Positions 19,234 to 29,700 of a stretch of 64,000 nt of DNA are shown one piece after another. The translations under genes were made by a program, and so were the position numbers. The stretch is from Planctomycetota bacterium (lineage in GTDB: Bacteria > Planctomycetota > PUPC01 > JACPCR01), in contig JACPCR010000061.1 in assembly GCA_016179685.1 (NCBI GenBank), forward strand, positions 28,336 through 92,335, given 5' to 3'. The notes beneath the pieces were generated by a model. It had not been told where the DNA came from and made no database searches. It saw only the letters and a list, made by a program, of their open reading frames with translations. Every line of letters begins with the position of its first letter. Position 1 is the first letter of the stretch.

Positions 19234-22200
19234 AAGCACAGCGGAGCGTGCTCGTGGCCCATTACGCCGGGTTGGCGCTACTGGGTGGACTTTCCCTGGC
19301 CGCCGCGGAGTCGCTCGCTATTCCTCTGCCTGCAAACTTCGTCATCCGGGGAAACCTGGAATTCTCCGGCCGGACCGCCTCCCCGGCCCACCTGGAATTC
19401 CAGACGGGATCAAACTGCATCGTCCGGATCAGCCTGGCCAGGGATCAGGTCATCCTCGAAGCCGAGCAGCCCCCCCAGAAAACCCACCTCGGCGCGGCCC
19501 GACTGGCCAGCCCGCGCCCCAAGAAATGCACCTTCACCGTCTGCCGTGACGGCGAAGCCCTGGCCTTCCTTTCGCCCGGTTATGCAACGGGGCGGTGGCG
19601 ACTGCCCGGCCCCGAGGCGCCGGAGACGCTCCCCACGCCCGAAGTCGGCACTCGCCCAGCAGAGGAAGAAACGTGGAATCTGATCGTCCGAGAAGGCGCC
19701 GGCGTCCGCATCGCCGACCTTCGCCTCCAGCCCACTACCCCGGTGGAATTTTCGGACGATTTCATGAGATCGGACGAAGGGTCGGGAACCTGGAATCCGC
19801 TCCGGGGCCTGTGGGCTCTGGATGAGATTCCTTATCCCACCTGGAGCGCCAGCCCCTTCCGCTTGAAGGGAACGGGGCCCGGCGTGGCCCTCACCACCTC
19901 GGGTTTCTGGTTCTGGCACGATTATGCCATGCGATGCGCCGTCCGGCCGGGCGGGGACAGCCTGGGCTGCGGGATAGCGCTCTACGCCCAGGGCCCGAGC
20001 GACATGATCCTTTTCCGCTGGAAACGCCGGAATCCTCGCGAGGAGGACGAGCCGCGGCACGTCCAGGGCGCCCTCGAGCTGCTCCTTGTCCACGACGGCG
20101 AGGAAAGACTTCTGGCTTCCCAGGAAGCGTGGCTCGACCCTTCTCAGTGGTATGAGCTTGCTGCCGGCGTGTGCGAGGGCCAGGTCTGCGCCTTCGTGGA
20201 TGGAATCCGCCTGTTCCAGGTCTCCTGCCCAGAAGCGACCCTCGGCGGCATCGGGCTCTGGGCCCTTGACGGGGCCCTCTTTGATGACGTCGAGGCCAAG
20301 AGCTTCTCCCCCGGACTGCTGGCCGCCCCGAAAAACGATCCGGATGAATTCCTCGAGCGCCTCTTCGGGCACCGCCGCGTGGTCGTTGGCGAGCGATTCG
20401 CTCGCGATGCCTTGATGCAGGAATGGGCCAACGCCCAGGGAGAATGGGTGTCCCGGCCCGATCCCCGCGGGCAGCTCCTCTGGCACATCGGCCTCTTCGG
20501 GCCCCGCGTGCGACTCCGCTGGGACTGCTCGTGGAAGCCCGGCGCAATCCCGGACCCGGTCCTGTGGGCGATGACAACGGACGGCCGGGACCTCTCGAGC
20601 GGATACCTGCTGCGCCTGGGGCCTGAAACCCTGCTCCTGCGGGGGGACCGGACGCTCGGCCGCGGGACCTTGCCGGCACAGATCGAGTCCCTGGAATGGA
20701 CACGCCAGGATGGACGCCATACCCTCCGGGCCAATGGGCAGACCGTCCTTTCCGCCGAGGACGCCGAGCCTGCCGGAGCGGGAAAGGTCGGCCTCCTTCT
20801 CCCGGGCACGAGCGGGCTCATCCTGGATGCTGGCCGGCTGACGGCGGACTCTCCCGCCTGCCACGACACCACCTTCGGCACCGCACCGGTGGACTGGCGG
20901 GCCGCCGCGGGCGTGTGGGACATCACGTCCCGCTGGATTTGTACGCCGAAGTGGTCCTGGTTCGGCGGCCTCAGCCACGAGGCCGCGGTCATCTGGAGCA
21001 AACGGGCGTTCCTGGGCGACCAGGTCATCGACCTCCACAGCGCGGTCATGATGGACTTCGGGGCGGCAGGCGGATACCGCCGTCTCGGTGACATCAACCT
21101 GAGCTTCTGCGCGGACGGGGCCAGCCTGGGCAGCGGCTATACCCTCATGTATGGAGGCTTCAACAACACGAGGACATGCCTCTGGCGGCAGGGAGAGGTC
21201 GTAGCCGAGCGATCGGACCGCCTCTATCCCGACAAGAGCCGGGGCGCACACAAGAACTGGTACAACCTGCGTGCGGAGAAAATGGGACCCTCCGTCCGCT
21301 TCTACCTCGCCGATGAATTGATCCTGGAGTATCGCGATCCCCAACCCCTTCCCGGCGGCCACGTCGCCCTCTGGACCTGGGACGGCGGCATGATGATCCC
21401 TCGGGTGCGCATCTACGCCGAGTCGGAGATGACCCCGCCTCGCGAGACCCTCTTCGCCGCTCCCGACGCGTCGCCCGGCTCGGCCGACGAATACCGGAGC
21501 CGGGAGGCCCGGATACGGGATGAAACCGGCCGCGCCTGCCTCCGGTTCGTCAATCCCCAGTCCGGCGGAGATTTCTCCTCGGCCTTGCCGATCGGCGAGT
21601 TCGACGCCTTGAAGACGGGCGTCCTGTCCTTCGACTACCGGATTCCAGCGGAGGCGCGGCTGCATCTCTACCTCGAAGCGAACGGCCGCGATTTCTACGT
21701 CGCTCTCAACGGACCCGAAACGCCGTCGGAACACGCTATCCGGCAGGCGACCGAGGTCTCGGGCAGGCGCATCAACGTCTCTGCCCTCACGGGCCGCGTG
21801 CGCCGTCCCGCCCGGCTCGCCTCGCTCCCCATCTCCGCCGACGATTGCTGGCATCACGCCGAGATCGAGCTTGCAGACCTGCTGCGCCCGTTCTTCCCCA
21901 GAGCATCCGCCATCCGAGTTCGCGGCGTCCATCTTGCCAACTGGTGCAACGCGGATTACCTCATGTGCGGCCTCACCGGCAATCCCGCAGGCTGCACCCT
22001 GTTCCTGGATGATGTCCGATGCCGCCGAGGAGCATCCGCCGCGGTCGCCGGGGCCGCCGGGGCCGCGGCGGCCCCGGAGCCTTCCGATTCCTACGAGGCC
22101 GATTCCGGCCTGTGGTATCCCGCAGAGGAATCCCCACCGTTCAAGATGTTCCTGGATGCGGCCCCAGAGCGTGAACGCGAGCGCGCCCTCCGGATTGAAG

Positions 22201-23636
22201 CCGGGGCGCTCGGATTCAAGGCCGTCCTTCTGGACCGCCGCTTCGATATCCGCAGGCATCCGACCCTCTGCCTGGACTATCGCGCAGAGCAACCTCTGGG
22301 CCTCTCACTCGCTGTACGGGTCGGCGGACAGTGGCAGCCCCTCGCGGCCGCATCCGCCCTCGGACTCGCCCTCGACGGCCAGTGGCACTCCGCGCAAATC
22401 AACCTGTCGAACTGGCTCGCCCGACGAAACGCCGCCCGGTTGCCGATCATCGAGGCCATCGGCCTGGCCGCTACGCCGAAGGAAAGCCCCGAGGAGACCG
22501 CCCTTTGGGTTGATAACCTGAGCCTTCCGGCCCAGGCCTTCCCCGCAGATACAGCGCCGCCGTCCATCGTTGCACGCACGCCCGGGCCGGAAGCTGACGC
22601 CGCTGCCCAGACGATCCAGTTCGAAATCCGGGACGAGGATAGCGGGCCGGACCTCGCCTCGCTGCGCATCGAGGTCGAAGGCCGCGTCTTCGACCTCAGC
22701 CATCCGGATGCGACCTATAAGCCGCTGGCTGGCAAGGAGGCGCTGCGCGGCGGCATCTTCTCCGTCCTGCTGAGACAACCCCCTGTGGACCGGAAAAAAA
22801 TTCGCTGCGGCATCCAGGCCAGGGACCGCGCTGGGCACGACCTGCCCGCGCCCGAGGAATGGACATGGACCATGGATTACCGGCAGGACGGGCAGCCGCC
22901 GCCAGCCCCGTTCGTCTCCTACCTGCCGAGCAGGCGCATGACCTGGGACGACTTCGAGAACACCATGGGGGAATGGAGCAGCCGCTCGGGCGCAGTGATG
23001 GAGCGAACGACCGCCAGCGCCGCCACGGGCCTGCACAGCCTCGAAGTCCGAAGCGGGAGCGCCTTTGCCGTCTATACCCCCTTTGACGCCAGCAAGTTCC
23101 CCGTCGTCCGCTTCGACTATTGCCTGAAGCCCGGCGCGAGCTTCGATTGGCTCGTCCGGATCGATAACACGAACTGGCAAATCCGGTGCGGGCCTGGCCG
23201 GCCGAGGGCGGACGTCCTCTCCGTGGTCCCCGGCATCGTGAGCGACGGGCAATGGCATCGGGCCGAGTTCGACCTGCTCGCTTGCCTGGAGAAACGGCCC
23301 GACCCGGGCGTCGATTTCATCGTCGAGCACCTGGCCACGCAGCACAGGGGAAACGCCGGATGCTGGCTCGACAACTTTACCCTGAGCGCCCGAGGTGAAA
23401 CCGAGCCTTTGTTCCAGTGGTCCCGGCCGGTGGACGCGACGGGAATTCGGGGCTACAGCTTCGTGCTGGACGAATCCGCGGACACCCTTCCCGACGAGGT
23501 CCTGGATACCAAGGAAACCAGCCATGCCTTCAAAGGGTTGAAGCCCGGGTCCCATGTCCTCCACGTGCGGGCGTGCGATGGCGCGGGCAACTGGGGACCG
23601 GCTGGACACGCGCAGGTGGAGGTGGTCAGGAATTAG
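19230..23636 (+). CDS. Large secreted multidomain beta-sandwich protein (LamG/DUF1080-like and CBM-like repeats)
   Basis: 1468 aa, signal-like N-terminus, GGIGLW..FDDV-type motifs, three DGQWH.A-type repeats, Ig-like C-terminus. Confidence 0.75.
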   Translation: MKAQRSVLVAHYAGLALLGGLSLAAAESLAIPLPANFVIRGNLEFSGRTASPAHLEFQTGSNCIVRISLARDQVILEAEQPPQKTHLGAARLASPRPKKCTFTVCRDGEALAFLSPGYATGRWRLPGPEAPETLPTPEVGTRPAEEETWNLIVREGAGVRIADLRLQPTTPVEFSDDFMRSDEGSGTWNPLRGLWALDEIPYPTWSASPFRLKGTGPGVALTTSGFWFWHDYAMRCAVRPGGDSLGCGIALYAQGPSDMILFRWKRRNPREEDEPRHVQGALELLLVHDGEERLLASQEAWLDPSQWYELAAGVCEGQVCAFVDGIRLFQVSCPEATLGGIGLWALDGALFDDVEAKSFSPGLLAAPKNDPDEFLERLFGHRRVVVGERFARDALMQEWANAQGEWVSRPDPRGQLLWHIGLFGPRVRLRWDCSWKPGAIPDPVLWAMTTDGRDLSSGYLLRLGPETLLLRGDRTLGRGTLPAQIESLEWTRQDGRHTLRANGQTVLSAEDAEPAGAGKVGLLLPGTSGLILDAGRLTADSPACHDTTFGTAPVDWRAAAGVWDITSRWICTPKWSWFGGLSHEAAVIWSKRAFLGDQVIDLHSAVMMDFGAAGGYRRLGDINLSFCADGASLGSGYTLMYGGFNNTRTCLWRQGEVVAERSDRLYPDKSRGAHKNWYNLRAEKMGPSVRFYLADELILEYRDPQPLPGGHVALWTWDGGMMIPRVRIYAESEMTPPRETLFAAPDASPGSADEYRSREARIRDETGRACLRFVNPQSGGDFSSALPIGEFDALKTGVLSFDYRIPAEARLHLYLEANGRDFYVALNGPETPSEHAIRQATEVSGRRINVSALTGRVRRPARLASLPISADDCWHHAEIELADLLRPFFPRASAIRVRGVHLANWCNADYLMCGLTGNPAGCTLFLDDVRCRRGASAAVAGAAGAAAAPEPSDSYEADSGLWYPAEESPPFKMFLDAAPERERERALRIEAGALGFKAVLLDRRFDIRRHPTLCLDYRAEQPLGLSLAVRVGGQWQPLAAASALGLALDGQWHSAQINLSNWLARRNAARLPIIEAIGLAATPKESPEETALWVDNLSLPAQAFPADTAPPSIVARTPGPEADAAAQTIQFEIRDEDSGPDLASLRIEVEGRVFDLSHPDATYKPLAGKEALRGGIFSVLLRQPPVDRKKIRCGIQARDRAGHDLPAPEEWTWTMDYRQDGQPPPAPFVSYLPSRRMTWDDFENTMGEWSSRSGAVMERTTASAATGLHSLEVRSGSAFAVYTPFDASKFPVVRFDYCLKPGASFDWLVRIDNTNWQIRCGPGRPRADVLSVVPGIVSDGQWHRAEFDLLACLEKRPDPGVDFIVEHLATQHRGNAGCWLDNFTLSARGETEPLFQWSRPVDATGIRGYSFVLDESADTLPDEVLDTKETSHAFKGLKPGSHVLHVRACDGAGNWGPAGHAQVEVVRN

Positions 23637-23700
23637 GAGAGCGCTGCCTCAAACCGGCTCGTTCTCCGGATTGAAGCGCTTCCACACTTCCGAGAAGCAT

Positions 23701-24462
23701 ATGGCAAGAGTCCATGATCCTGGGAAGAAGAAACGGAGCACGGCACGAAGAGTTGCCAGGACGGTGAGAACTCGGCCGGTAGGATCGAAACCTGCCCCCA
23801 CCGGCGCACGCGGGAAGAACGCGGCAAGAATCCGAGGCATCGCTGAGGGACTCCGCCATCTCTACCCGGACGCCACCTGCGAGCTGCGCCACGATAACCC
23901 GCTCCAGCTCCTCGTCGCGACCATACTTTCGGCCCAATCCACTGACAAGAGGGTCAACCAAGTGACCGAAACGCTTTTCGCCCGTTATCAGACTGCGGAG
24001 GACTATGCACGGGCCGACCCTGCTGAGTTCGAACAGGAAATCCGGTCCACAGGCTTCTACCGCAATAAGACCCGAAGCGTGTTGGGCGCTGCTCGCCGCC
24101 TCGTCGAGGGTTACGGTGGCCGTGTGCCGGAAACGATGGAAGAGCTTCTGACGCTGCCGGGAGTAGCACGAAAGACGGCGAACGTCGTGCTGGGCACGGC
24201 CTTCAGCAAGCCGGCCGGCGTCGTCGTGGATACCCATGTCAAGCGCTTGGCCTGGCGTCTGGGCCTCTCGAACGAGAAGGTCCCGGAGAAAATCGAGCGG
24301 GACCTCATGGAGCGATTTCCCGTGAACGAATGGATTTTCATGGGGCATGCCCTGATCTGGCACGGTCGGAGGGTCTGTCATGCCCGTATGCCCAAATGTG
24401 GACAATGTGCCTTGGCGGGCGTGTGTCTGAAGCGCGGACTGGGGATGTCGATGAAGAGGTAA
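23701..24462 (+). CDS. nth: Endonuclease III
   Basis: LSAQSTD, LPGVARKTANV, VDTHV and C-X6-C-X2-C-X5-C motifs. Confidence 0.95.
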   Translation: MARVHDPGKKKRSTARRVARTVRTRPVGSKPAPTGARGKNAARIRGIAEGLRHLYPDATCELRHDNPLQLLVATILSAQSTDKRVNQVTETLFARYQTAEDYARADPAEFEQEIRSTGFYRNKTRSVLGAARRLVEGYGGRVPETMEELLTLPGVARKTANVVLGTAFSKPAGVVVDTHVKRLAWRLGLSNEKVPEKIERDLMERFPVNEWIFMGHALIWHGRRVCHARMPKCGQCALAGVCLKRGLGMSMKR

Positions 24463-24507
24463 ATGGCTGTATGCCCGTCTTCAATGACCCTCATCATTTC
24501 AATTTGA

Positions 24508-24642
24508 CAGAAGGTATCGAAATTTAATGATATGGCAGTCGCCGCCACGGCTCGTTGTCTGGATTACGGTGTTCTGGTCAGCGACCGCGACGAGGCGCTT
24601 TTTAGATCCGTAGCCGGTCTCGAAGTCGTCAAGTTGGGTTAG
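24508..24642 (+). pseudogene. C-terminal fragment of a PIN/VapC toxin
   Basis: Frame reads KVSKFNDMAVAATARCLDYGVLVSDRDEALFRSVAGLEVVKLG*, resembling the PIN C-terminal D-x2-IAATA...F..V.GL.V; in-frame stop immediately upstream. Confidence 0.5.
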
Positions 24643-24730
24643 ACCGTCGCAGGCGTATACCCCCGGGACTTCCCGGCACGGCGGAGCAAGGTAACTGCTG
24701 AGTGGTCGTCACCGGAGGCCTGTTTCTGTG

Positions 24731-24846
24731 AGTCCCGAAGGGACGTCCGAAATGAGCCCAGGGCACCAGTTCGCCGAAGCCCCGCGAAGGCGAACGCAGC
24801 CCTGGGAAGGGAAGCGCATCAACCACAAGAGTCCCGTAGGGACGAC
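24731..24846. repeat. REP/REPIN-like doublet
   Basis: AGTCCCGAAGGGACG (24731) and AGTCCCGTAGGGACGAC (24830) hairpins flanking a CCCAGGG...CCCTGGG inverted pair. Confidence 0.7.
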
Positions 24847-24938
24847 AGAAGTTTTCGCTAAGGAGTTACGGAGCAAGAGCCTCATCATTTCAACCGGTAT
24901 GCCGCAGCGAGAGGCGCGACTGAATCTGAGTGACTCAC

Positions 24939-24967
24939 GTGACGGTGTCGAGTCGCTCCGGTATAAT
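24939..24967 (+). promoter_or_regulatory. Candidate sigma70 promoter for the MBL-radical SAM-lipA-bioB operon
   Basis: gTGACg, 17-bp spacer, TATAAT (24962-24967). Confidence 0.5.
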
Positions 24968-25032
24968 GTGTATGTGAACCACAAAGTGACCGCTCGCATG
25001 CACTCTCGACTCCTGAAGTTGGCGAAAGCTCA

Positions 25033-25809
25033 TTGAAGATCACCATCCTGGGTTCTGGGACTTCGCACGGGGTGCCGATGATCGGCTGTTACTGCCCCGT
25101 CTGCACCTCCTCGAACCCCCAGAACCGGCGATTCCGTCCCTCCGTCCTGGTCAGCCAGGGGGAGCGGAACATCTTGGTCGACGCTGGCCCGGACATCCGC
25201 TTGCAGGCCATCACCTTCCGCGTGAACCATCTAGATGCCGTGATGTTCACTCATTCCCATGCGGACCACATTCTTGGCGTCGATGACCTCCGGCTCTACA
25301 ATTACCGGAGCGGCAAGAAGCTGCCCTGCTACGCCGACGCCGCAACTTTGAAAAGGCTCGCCACGGTCTTCGATTACGCGTTCGACGACCGAGTAACCGA
25401 GCAGAGCCGGCCGATGCTCCTCCCGGTTGAAATTCAGGGTCGGTTCGACCTTTTTGGACTCTCGGTGTCGCCTTTGGAGCTTTATCACGGGAAGCTCCAA
25501 ATCTTGGGATTCCTGTTCGAGGATGCGGCCGGCCATCGGTTCGGCTACGCTACGGATTGCAGTTTCGTCCCGGCCCAGGCCGAGGAGCGACTGCGAGGAG
25601 TCGATTTGCTCGTCCTGGATGCCCTGCGCTATGATCCTCATCCGACGCACTTCAGCCTGGCGCAGGCCGTCGAGGTGGCCCGTAAACTGTCGCCCCGGCA
25701 AACCTTATTCACCCATATCACGCACCAGCTCGAACAGGGGACCGTCAATGCCAGCCTCCCGCCCGAGATTCAGCTTGCCTTTGACGGGCAGGTGATCGAT
25801 TTCCCATGA
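25033..25809 (+). CDS. MBL-fold metallohydrolase, PhnP-like
   Basis: LGSGTSHGVP..GC.C.VC, THSHADH, YATD and THF motifs; TTG start. Confidence 0.9.
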   Translation: MKITILGSGTSHGVPMIGCYCPVCTSSNPQNRRFRPSVLVSQGERNILVDAGPDIRLQAITFRVNHLDAVMFTHSHADHILGVDDLRLYNYRSGKKLPCYADAATLKRLATVFDYAFDDRVTEQSRPMLLPVEIQGRFDLFGLSVSPLELYHGKLQILGFLFEDAAGHRFGYATDCSFVPAQAEERLRGVDLLVLDALRYDPHPTHFSLAQAVEVARKLSPRQTLFTHITHQLEQGTVNASLPPEIQLAFDGQVIDFP

Positions 25810-25938
25810 GTCCGCGGCGGCGGCAGCGCGGGGGAGACTCTTGCAGCAGCCGAGGCAGCCGCTGGATGTCTCGCCCGGCAAGAAGGTGGGGAGGCTGGCC
25901 CCGCCGAATGGGTGGCCAATCCAGAGGTCTGAACGGTC

Positions 25939-28704
25939 ATGCTGGCCGACATTCTTCATCGTGAAATCCTTCCGAGGGTGGAGAAGCCCAGCCGTTACCT
26001 CGGCACGGAGCTGAATACGGTCCGTAAGGACCCTGCCTGCGTGGATTTCCGGATTTGCCTGGCTTTTCCCGACAGCTACGACATCGGCCTGGGCAACCTC
26101 GGGCTGCAGATTCTTTACCACATTCTGAACCGGCAGCCGCGTGTCTGGGCTGAACGCGTTTATGCGCCGGGCCTGGACATGGAGGCGCAGCTCCGCCGAC
26201 GTGGCCTGCCCCTCTTCAGCCTGGAGAGCCGGACGCCGCTCGACCAGTTCGACGCCATCGGTTTCACGCTCCAGTGGGAGCTGACCTACACGAACATTTT
26301 GAATCTGATCGATATGGCTGGCCTTCCCGTGCTCGCCCGGGAACGGGACGAGCGCCATCCCGTTCTTCTGGCAGGCGGGCCTTGCGTGTTCAATCCCGAA
26401 CCTTTATGCGATTTCATGGATGCCTTCGTCATGGGCGATGGCGAAGAGGTTGTACTCGAGGTCGCCGAGGCCCTTGTCGATGCCAAGGGAAGCAGCCGCG
26501 GCGCGCAGCTCGAACGACTCGCTCGAATTCCCGGCGTCTATGTGCCCGCCCTCTACCCCATGCGCCCAACGGAGGATGGGTCGCTCATCATGCCGGAGGA
26601 CGCCCGCCCCATCGTCAAGCGCACGGTCGCCGCCCTGGACACGGCCGCGTTCCCCACGGAATACATCGTCCCCTACACCCGACAGATTCACGACCGCGTC
26701 AGCCTCGAAGTCCTCCGCGGCTGCACGCAGGGCTGCCGGTTCTGCCAGGCGGGCATGGTCACGCGGCCCGTCCGCGAGCGCACGCTTCCGGATCTCGACC
26801 GGCTCATGGAGGAGACCATGCGGAAGACCGGTTACGAGGAAATCTCGCTGGTGAGCCTCAGCACCTGCGACTACAGCCAGGTCAAGACGCTGGTCCAGCA
26901 GAGCGTGGCGAGGGCCGTTCCGGAAGGGGTTTCCGTCTCGCTCCCTTCGCTGCGTCTCGATTCCTTTTCCGTCGAGATGGCGGACATGATCTCGGTGATG
27001 GGAAAAAGCGGGCTGACCTTCGCGCCCGAGGCGGCGACGAACCGGATGAGGGCGGTCATCAACAAGTGGATACCGGACGAAGACCTGCTGGAGATGGCCC
27101 GGGAGGCCTATGAGCGCGGCTGGGACCACATCAAGCTCTACTTCATGATCGGATTGCCGACGGAGCGGGAGGAGGACGTTCTGGCCATCGCCGACCTGGC
27201 CAACCGGGTCCTCGGGGTGGGCAAGTCAGTCCTGCGCAAGGCGCGGCTGAACCTGGGGGTCTCCACCTTCTGCCCGAAGCCGCACACGCCATTCCAGTGG
27301 GATCGGCAGATTCTCCTGGAGGAGACGGAAGCGAAGCAGGACCTGTTGATGCGAGGTCTTCGGCCGGGTATCAAATTTGGACGGCACGACGCCCGGGAGA
27401 GCTTTCTCGAGGGGGTGCTCTCTCGGGGTGATCGGCGGACGGGCCGGCTGCTCCTCGAAGCGCACCGTCTGGGTTGCCGCTTCGACGGCTGGCGTGAGCA
27501 CCTCGACTGGTCGAAGTGGCAGGAAGCTTTCCGCCGCTGGGGCTTCGACGCGGCGGACCAGCTTCGGGCCCGCCGGCTCTCCGAGCCTCTGCCCTGGGAT
27601 CACATCGATAGCCTTGTCCCGAAGAGCTGGCTCATAGCGGACTACTGGCGATCCCGCGGTCTCGTGTGGCAGGGCGACTGCCGCCATGCTCGTTGCAATC
27701 AATGCGGCGTCATCGACCGAGAAAAAGACCTCTGCGTATCCATGTTGCGGAAGAGCCACAAGGACCGGAAGGCCGAGAATGCCCGCCAGTTCCCGCGGAT
27801 CGAGCGGCCGCCAGAACCCCCGCCAGCCGCCAGGTTGCGCCTCCGCTTCGCACGCCGCGGGCTCGTCCGGCTGCTCTCTCACCTTGAAATGATGAACATG
27901 TTCCTCCGGGCCATCCGGCGCGCTCGATTGCCGGTCAGCTACACCCAAGGTTTCAACCCTGGCCCCAGGGTGGCCTTCAGTTGTGCCCTTCCGGTAGGCC
28001 TCGAAACCGAGGGCGACTACATGGACATCCACCTCCGGGCAGCGGTGCCGCCTGAAGAGGCCCGGGAGCGGCTCAACGCTGTATTGCCGGAGGGCTTTGA
28101 AATTCTCCGGGCAGCGGAGGTGCCACTGAGAAGTCCCGCGCTCATGGCGGTCGTCGCGGGCGAGCGATACCTCGCCCGCATCGAGGGGCCCGTCCGACGG
28201 AGCCCGGAGGCGCTGGCGGACGCCGCCCCTGAAGTGGAAGGGGAAGGAGGTGGCAGCGCGGCCGGCGCGGCGGCATGTCCATCGAAAGACCTTCTCGATA
28301 GGATTCTGGGCGCTGCCAGGTGCATGAAAAGCCGGGATGCCCTCTGGGTGGACAAGGAAAGCAAGAGAGGGAGAGTCCGCCGGGAAAATCTCCTCGGATC
28401 GATCGAAGAAATTCGGGCCATTCGGGAGAGCTCGGGGCGCCTGGCCGTTGAAATGCTCCTGCTCAAGCAAGGCGAGACCAAGGCGAGTGCGAGGCAGGTC
28501 CTCACCGCCCTCGCGCCTGAAATCGCTTTCGAGGACTGGCGCATCGTCAAGCTCGAAACCTATGTTCGCACTCCCTCCGGCCTGGCGGGCCCCATCGATG
28601 CGCCGGACGCGCTCCGGCCCGGCGGGCCCGGCCCGGCCATCGTGCCGGATTCGTCCGGCACGGAATCCCATCCGGCGCAGCCCGCCTCCCTTTCAGCTCG
28701 GTAA
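25939..28704 (+). CDS. TIGR03960-type radical SAM protein fused to a TIGR03936/DUF2344-type domain
   Basis: VEKPSRYLGTE start, RGCTQGCRFC, LPWDHI, C-X4-C-X2-C, then LLSHLE...YTQGFNP. Confidence 0.88.
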   Translation: MLADILHREILPRVEKPSRYLGTELNTVRKDPACVDFRICLAFPDSYDIGLGNLGLQILYHILNRQPRVWAERVYAPGLDMEAQLRRRGLPLFSLESRTPLDQFDAIGFTLQWELTYTNILNLIDMAGLPVLARERDERHPVLLAGGPCVFNPEPLCDFMDAFVMGDGEEVVLEVAEALVDAKGSSRGAQLERLARIPGVYVPALYPMRPTEDGSLIMPEDARPIVKRTVAALDTAAFPTEYIVPYTRQIHDRVSLEVLRGCTQGCRFCQAGMVTRPVRERTLPDLDRLMEETMRKTGYEEISLVSLSTCDYSQVKTLVQQSVARAVPEGVSVSLPSLRLDSFSVEMADMISVMGKSGLTFAPEAATNRMRAVINKWIPDEDLLEMAREAYERGWDHIKLYFMIGLPTEREEDVLAIADLANRVLGVGKSVLRKARLNLGVSTFCPKPHTPFQWDRQILLEETEAKQDLLMRGLRPGIKFGRHDARESFLEGVLSRGDRRTGRLLLEAHRLGCRFDGWREHLDWSKWQEAFRRWGFDAADQLRARRLSEPLPWDHIDSLVPKSWLIADYWRSRGLVWQGDCRHARCNQCGVIDREKDLCVSMLRKSHKDRKAENARQFPRIERPPEPPPAARLRLRFARRGLVRLLSHLEMMNMFLRAIRRARLPVSYTQGFNPGPRVAFSCALPVGLETEGDYMDIHLRAAVPPEEARERLNAVLPEGFEILRAAEVPLRSPALMAVVAGERYLARIEGPVRRSPEALADAAPEVEGEGGGSAAGAAACPSKDLLDRILGAARCMKSRDALWVDKESKRGRVRRENLLGSIEEIRAIRESSGRLAVEMLLLKQGETKASARQVLTALAPEIAFEDWRIVKLETYVRTPSGLAGPIDAPDALRPGGPGPAIVPDSSGTESHPAQPASLSAR

Positions 28705-28713
28705 GCCGCGATC

Positions 28714-29661
28714 ATGAGCCGAACTTTGAAGCTTCCATTACTGCAACCGGAGAGGGACCTGTCGCGCGAGCGCAAGCCGGACTGGCTTCGCGTGCGTTTT
28801 CCGGGCGGCGGGGAGTATCCGCGCCTGGCCAGTCTCTTCACACGCCTCAGGCTGCACACCGTCTGCGAGAGCGCCCATTGTCCGAACATGGGCGAGTGCT
28901 GGGCACACGGCACGGCCACCTTCATGATCCTCGGAAACGTGTGTACCCGAAGTTGTGGCTTCTGCGCTGTTCCGACGGGCAGGCCGCAGGGGCTCGATCT
29001 CGGAGAGCCTGCCCGCGTCGGCGAGGCCGTCGAGAGCCTCCGTCTCGACTACGTGGTCATCACGTCCGTGAATCGCGACGAGCTTCCTGACGGAGGCGCC
29101 AGCCTCTTCGCCGCCACGGTCCGGGAAATTCGACGCCGTTGCTCCCAGACCCGCGTCGAGCTGCTGATTCCCGACTTCATGGGCAACGCGCAGGCGCTCG
29201 CCGAGGTGATCGAAGCTGCGCCGGACGTGCTCAATCACAACCTGGAAACGGTCCCGCGGCTCTACCCCTGGATGCGCCCCCAGGCCAAGTTCACCCGGTC
29301 ACTCGAACTGCTGCGCCGGGCCAAGGCCATGGCCCCTGGCCTGCCGTCCAAGTCCGGATTCATGGTCGGAGCCGGCGAGGCCATGAAGGAGCTCCTCGAT
29401 GCCATGGGACAGGTCGCCGACACCGGCTGCGATATCCTGACCATCGGCCAGTACCTCCGGCCGACGAAGGAACACCATCCGGTCTTCAAGTATTACCACC
29501 CGGACGAATTCGACGAGATCAGGCGGCGGGGACTCGCCATGGGTTTCCGACACGTCGAATCTGGGCCCCTGGTCCGCAGTTCCTACCATGCCTGGGAACA
29601 GGCGAAAGCCATGGAAAATTCAGACCCGCGGATTCCCTGTCCCGGGAGGCCGACGGTCTGA
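28714..29661 (+). CDS. lipA: Lipoyl synthase
   Basis: CESAHCPNMGEC, CTRSCGFC, NHNLETV, GQYLRP and RSSY motifs. Confidence 0.97.
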   Translation: MSRTLKLPLLQPERDLSRERKPDWLRVRFPGGGEYPRLASLFTRLRLHTVCESAHCPNMGECWAHGTATFMILGNVCTRSCGFCAVPTGRPQGLDLGEPARVGEAVESLRLDYVVITSVNRDELPDGGASLFAATVREIRRRCSQTRVELLIPDFMGNAQALAEVIEAAPDVLNHNLETVPRLYPWMRPQAKFTRSLELLRRAKAMAPGLPSKSGFMVGAGEAMKELLDAMGQVADTGCDILTIGQYLRPTKEHHPVFKYYHPDEFDEIRRRGLAMGFRHVESGPLVRSSYHAWEQAKAMENSDPRIPCPGRPTV

Positions 29662-29700
29662 TGCGCAAGCGAGGTCTTTCATGATGCGGGAGGGTTGAAC

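Noticed and set aside
24560-24720. Possible 6S-like RNA downstream of TTGACA
   Set aside because: Pairing is weak and the region is better explained as a PIN-toxin coding remnant
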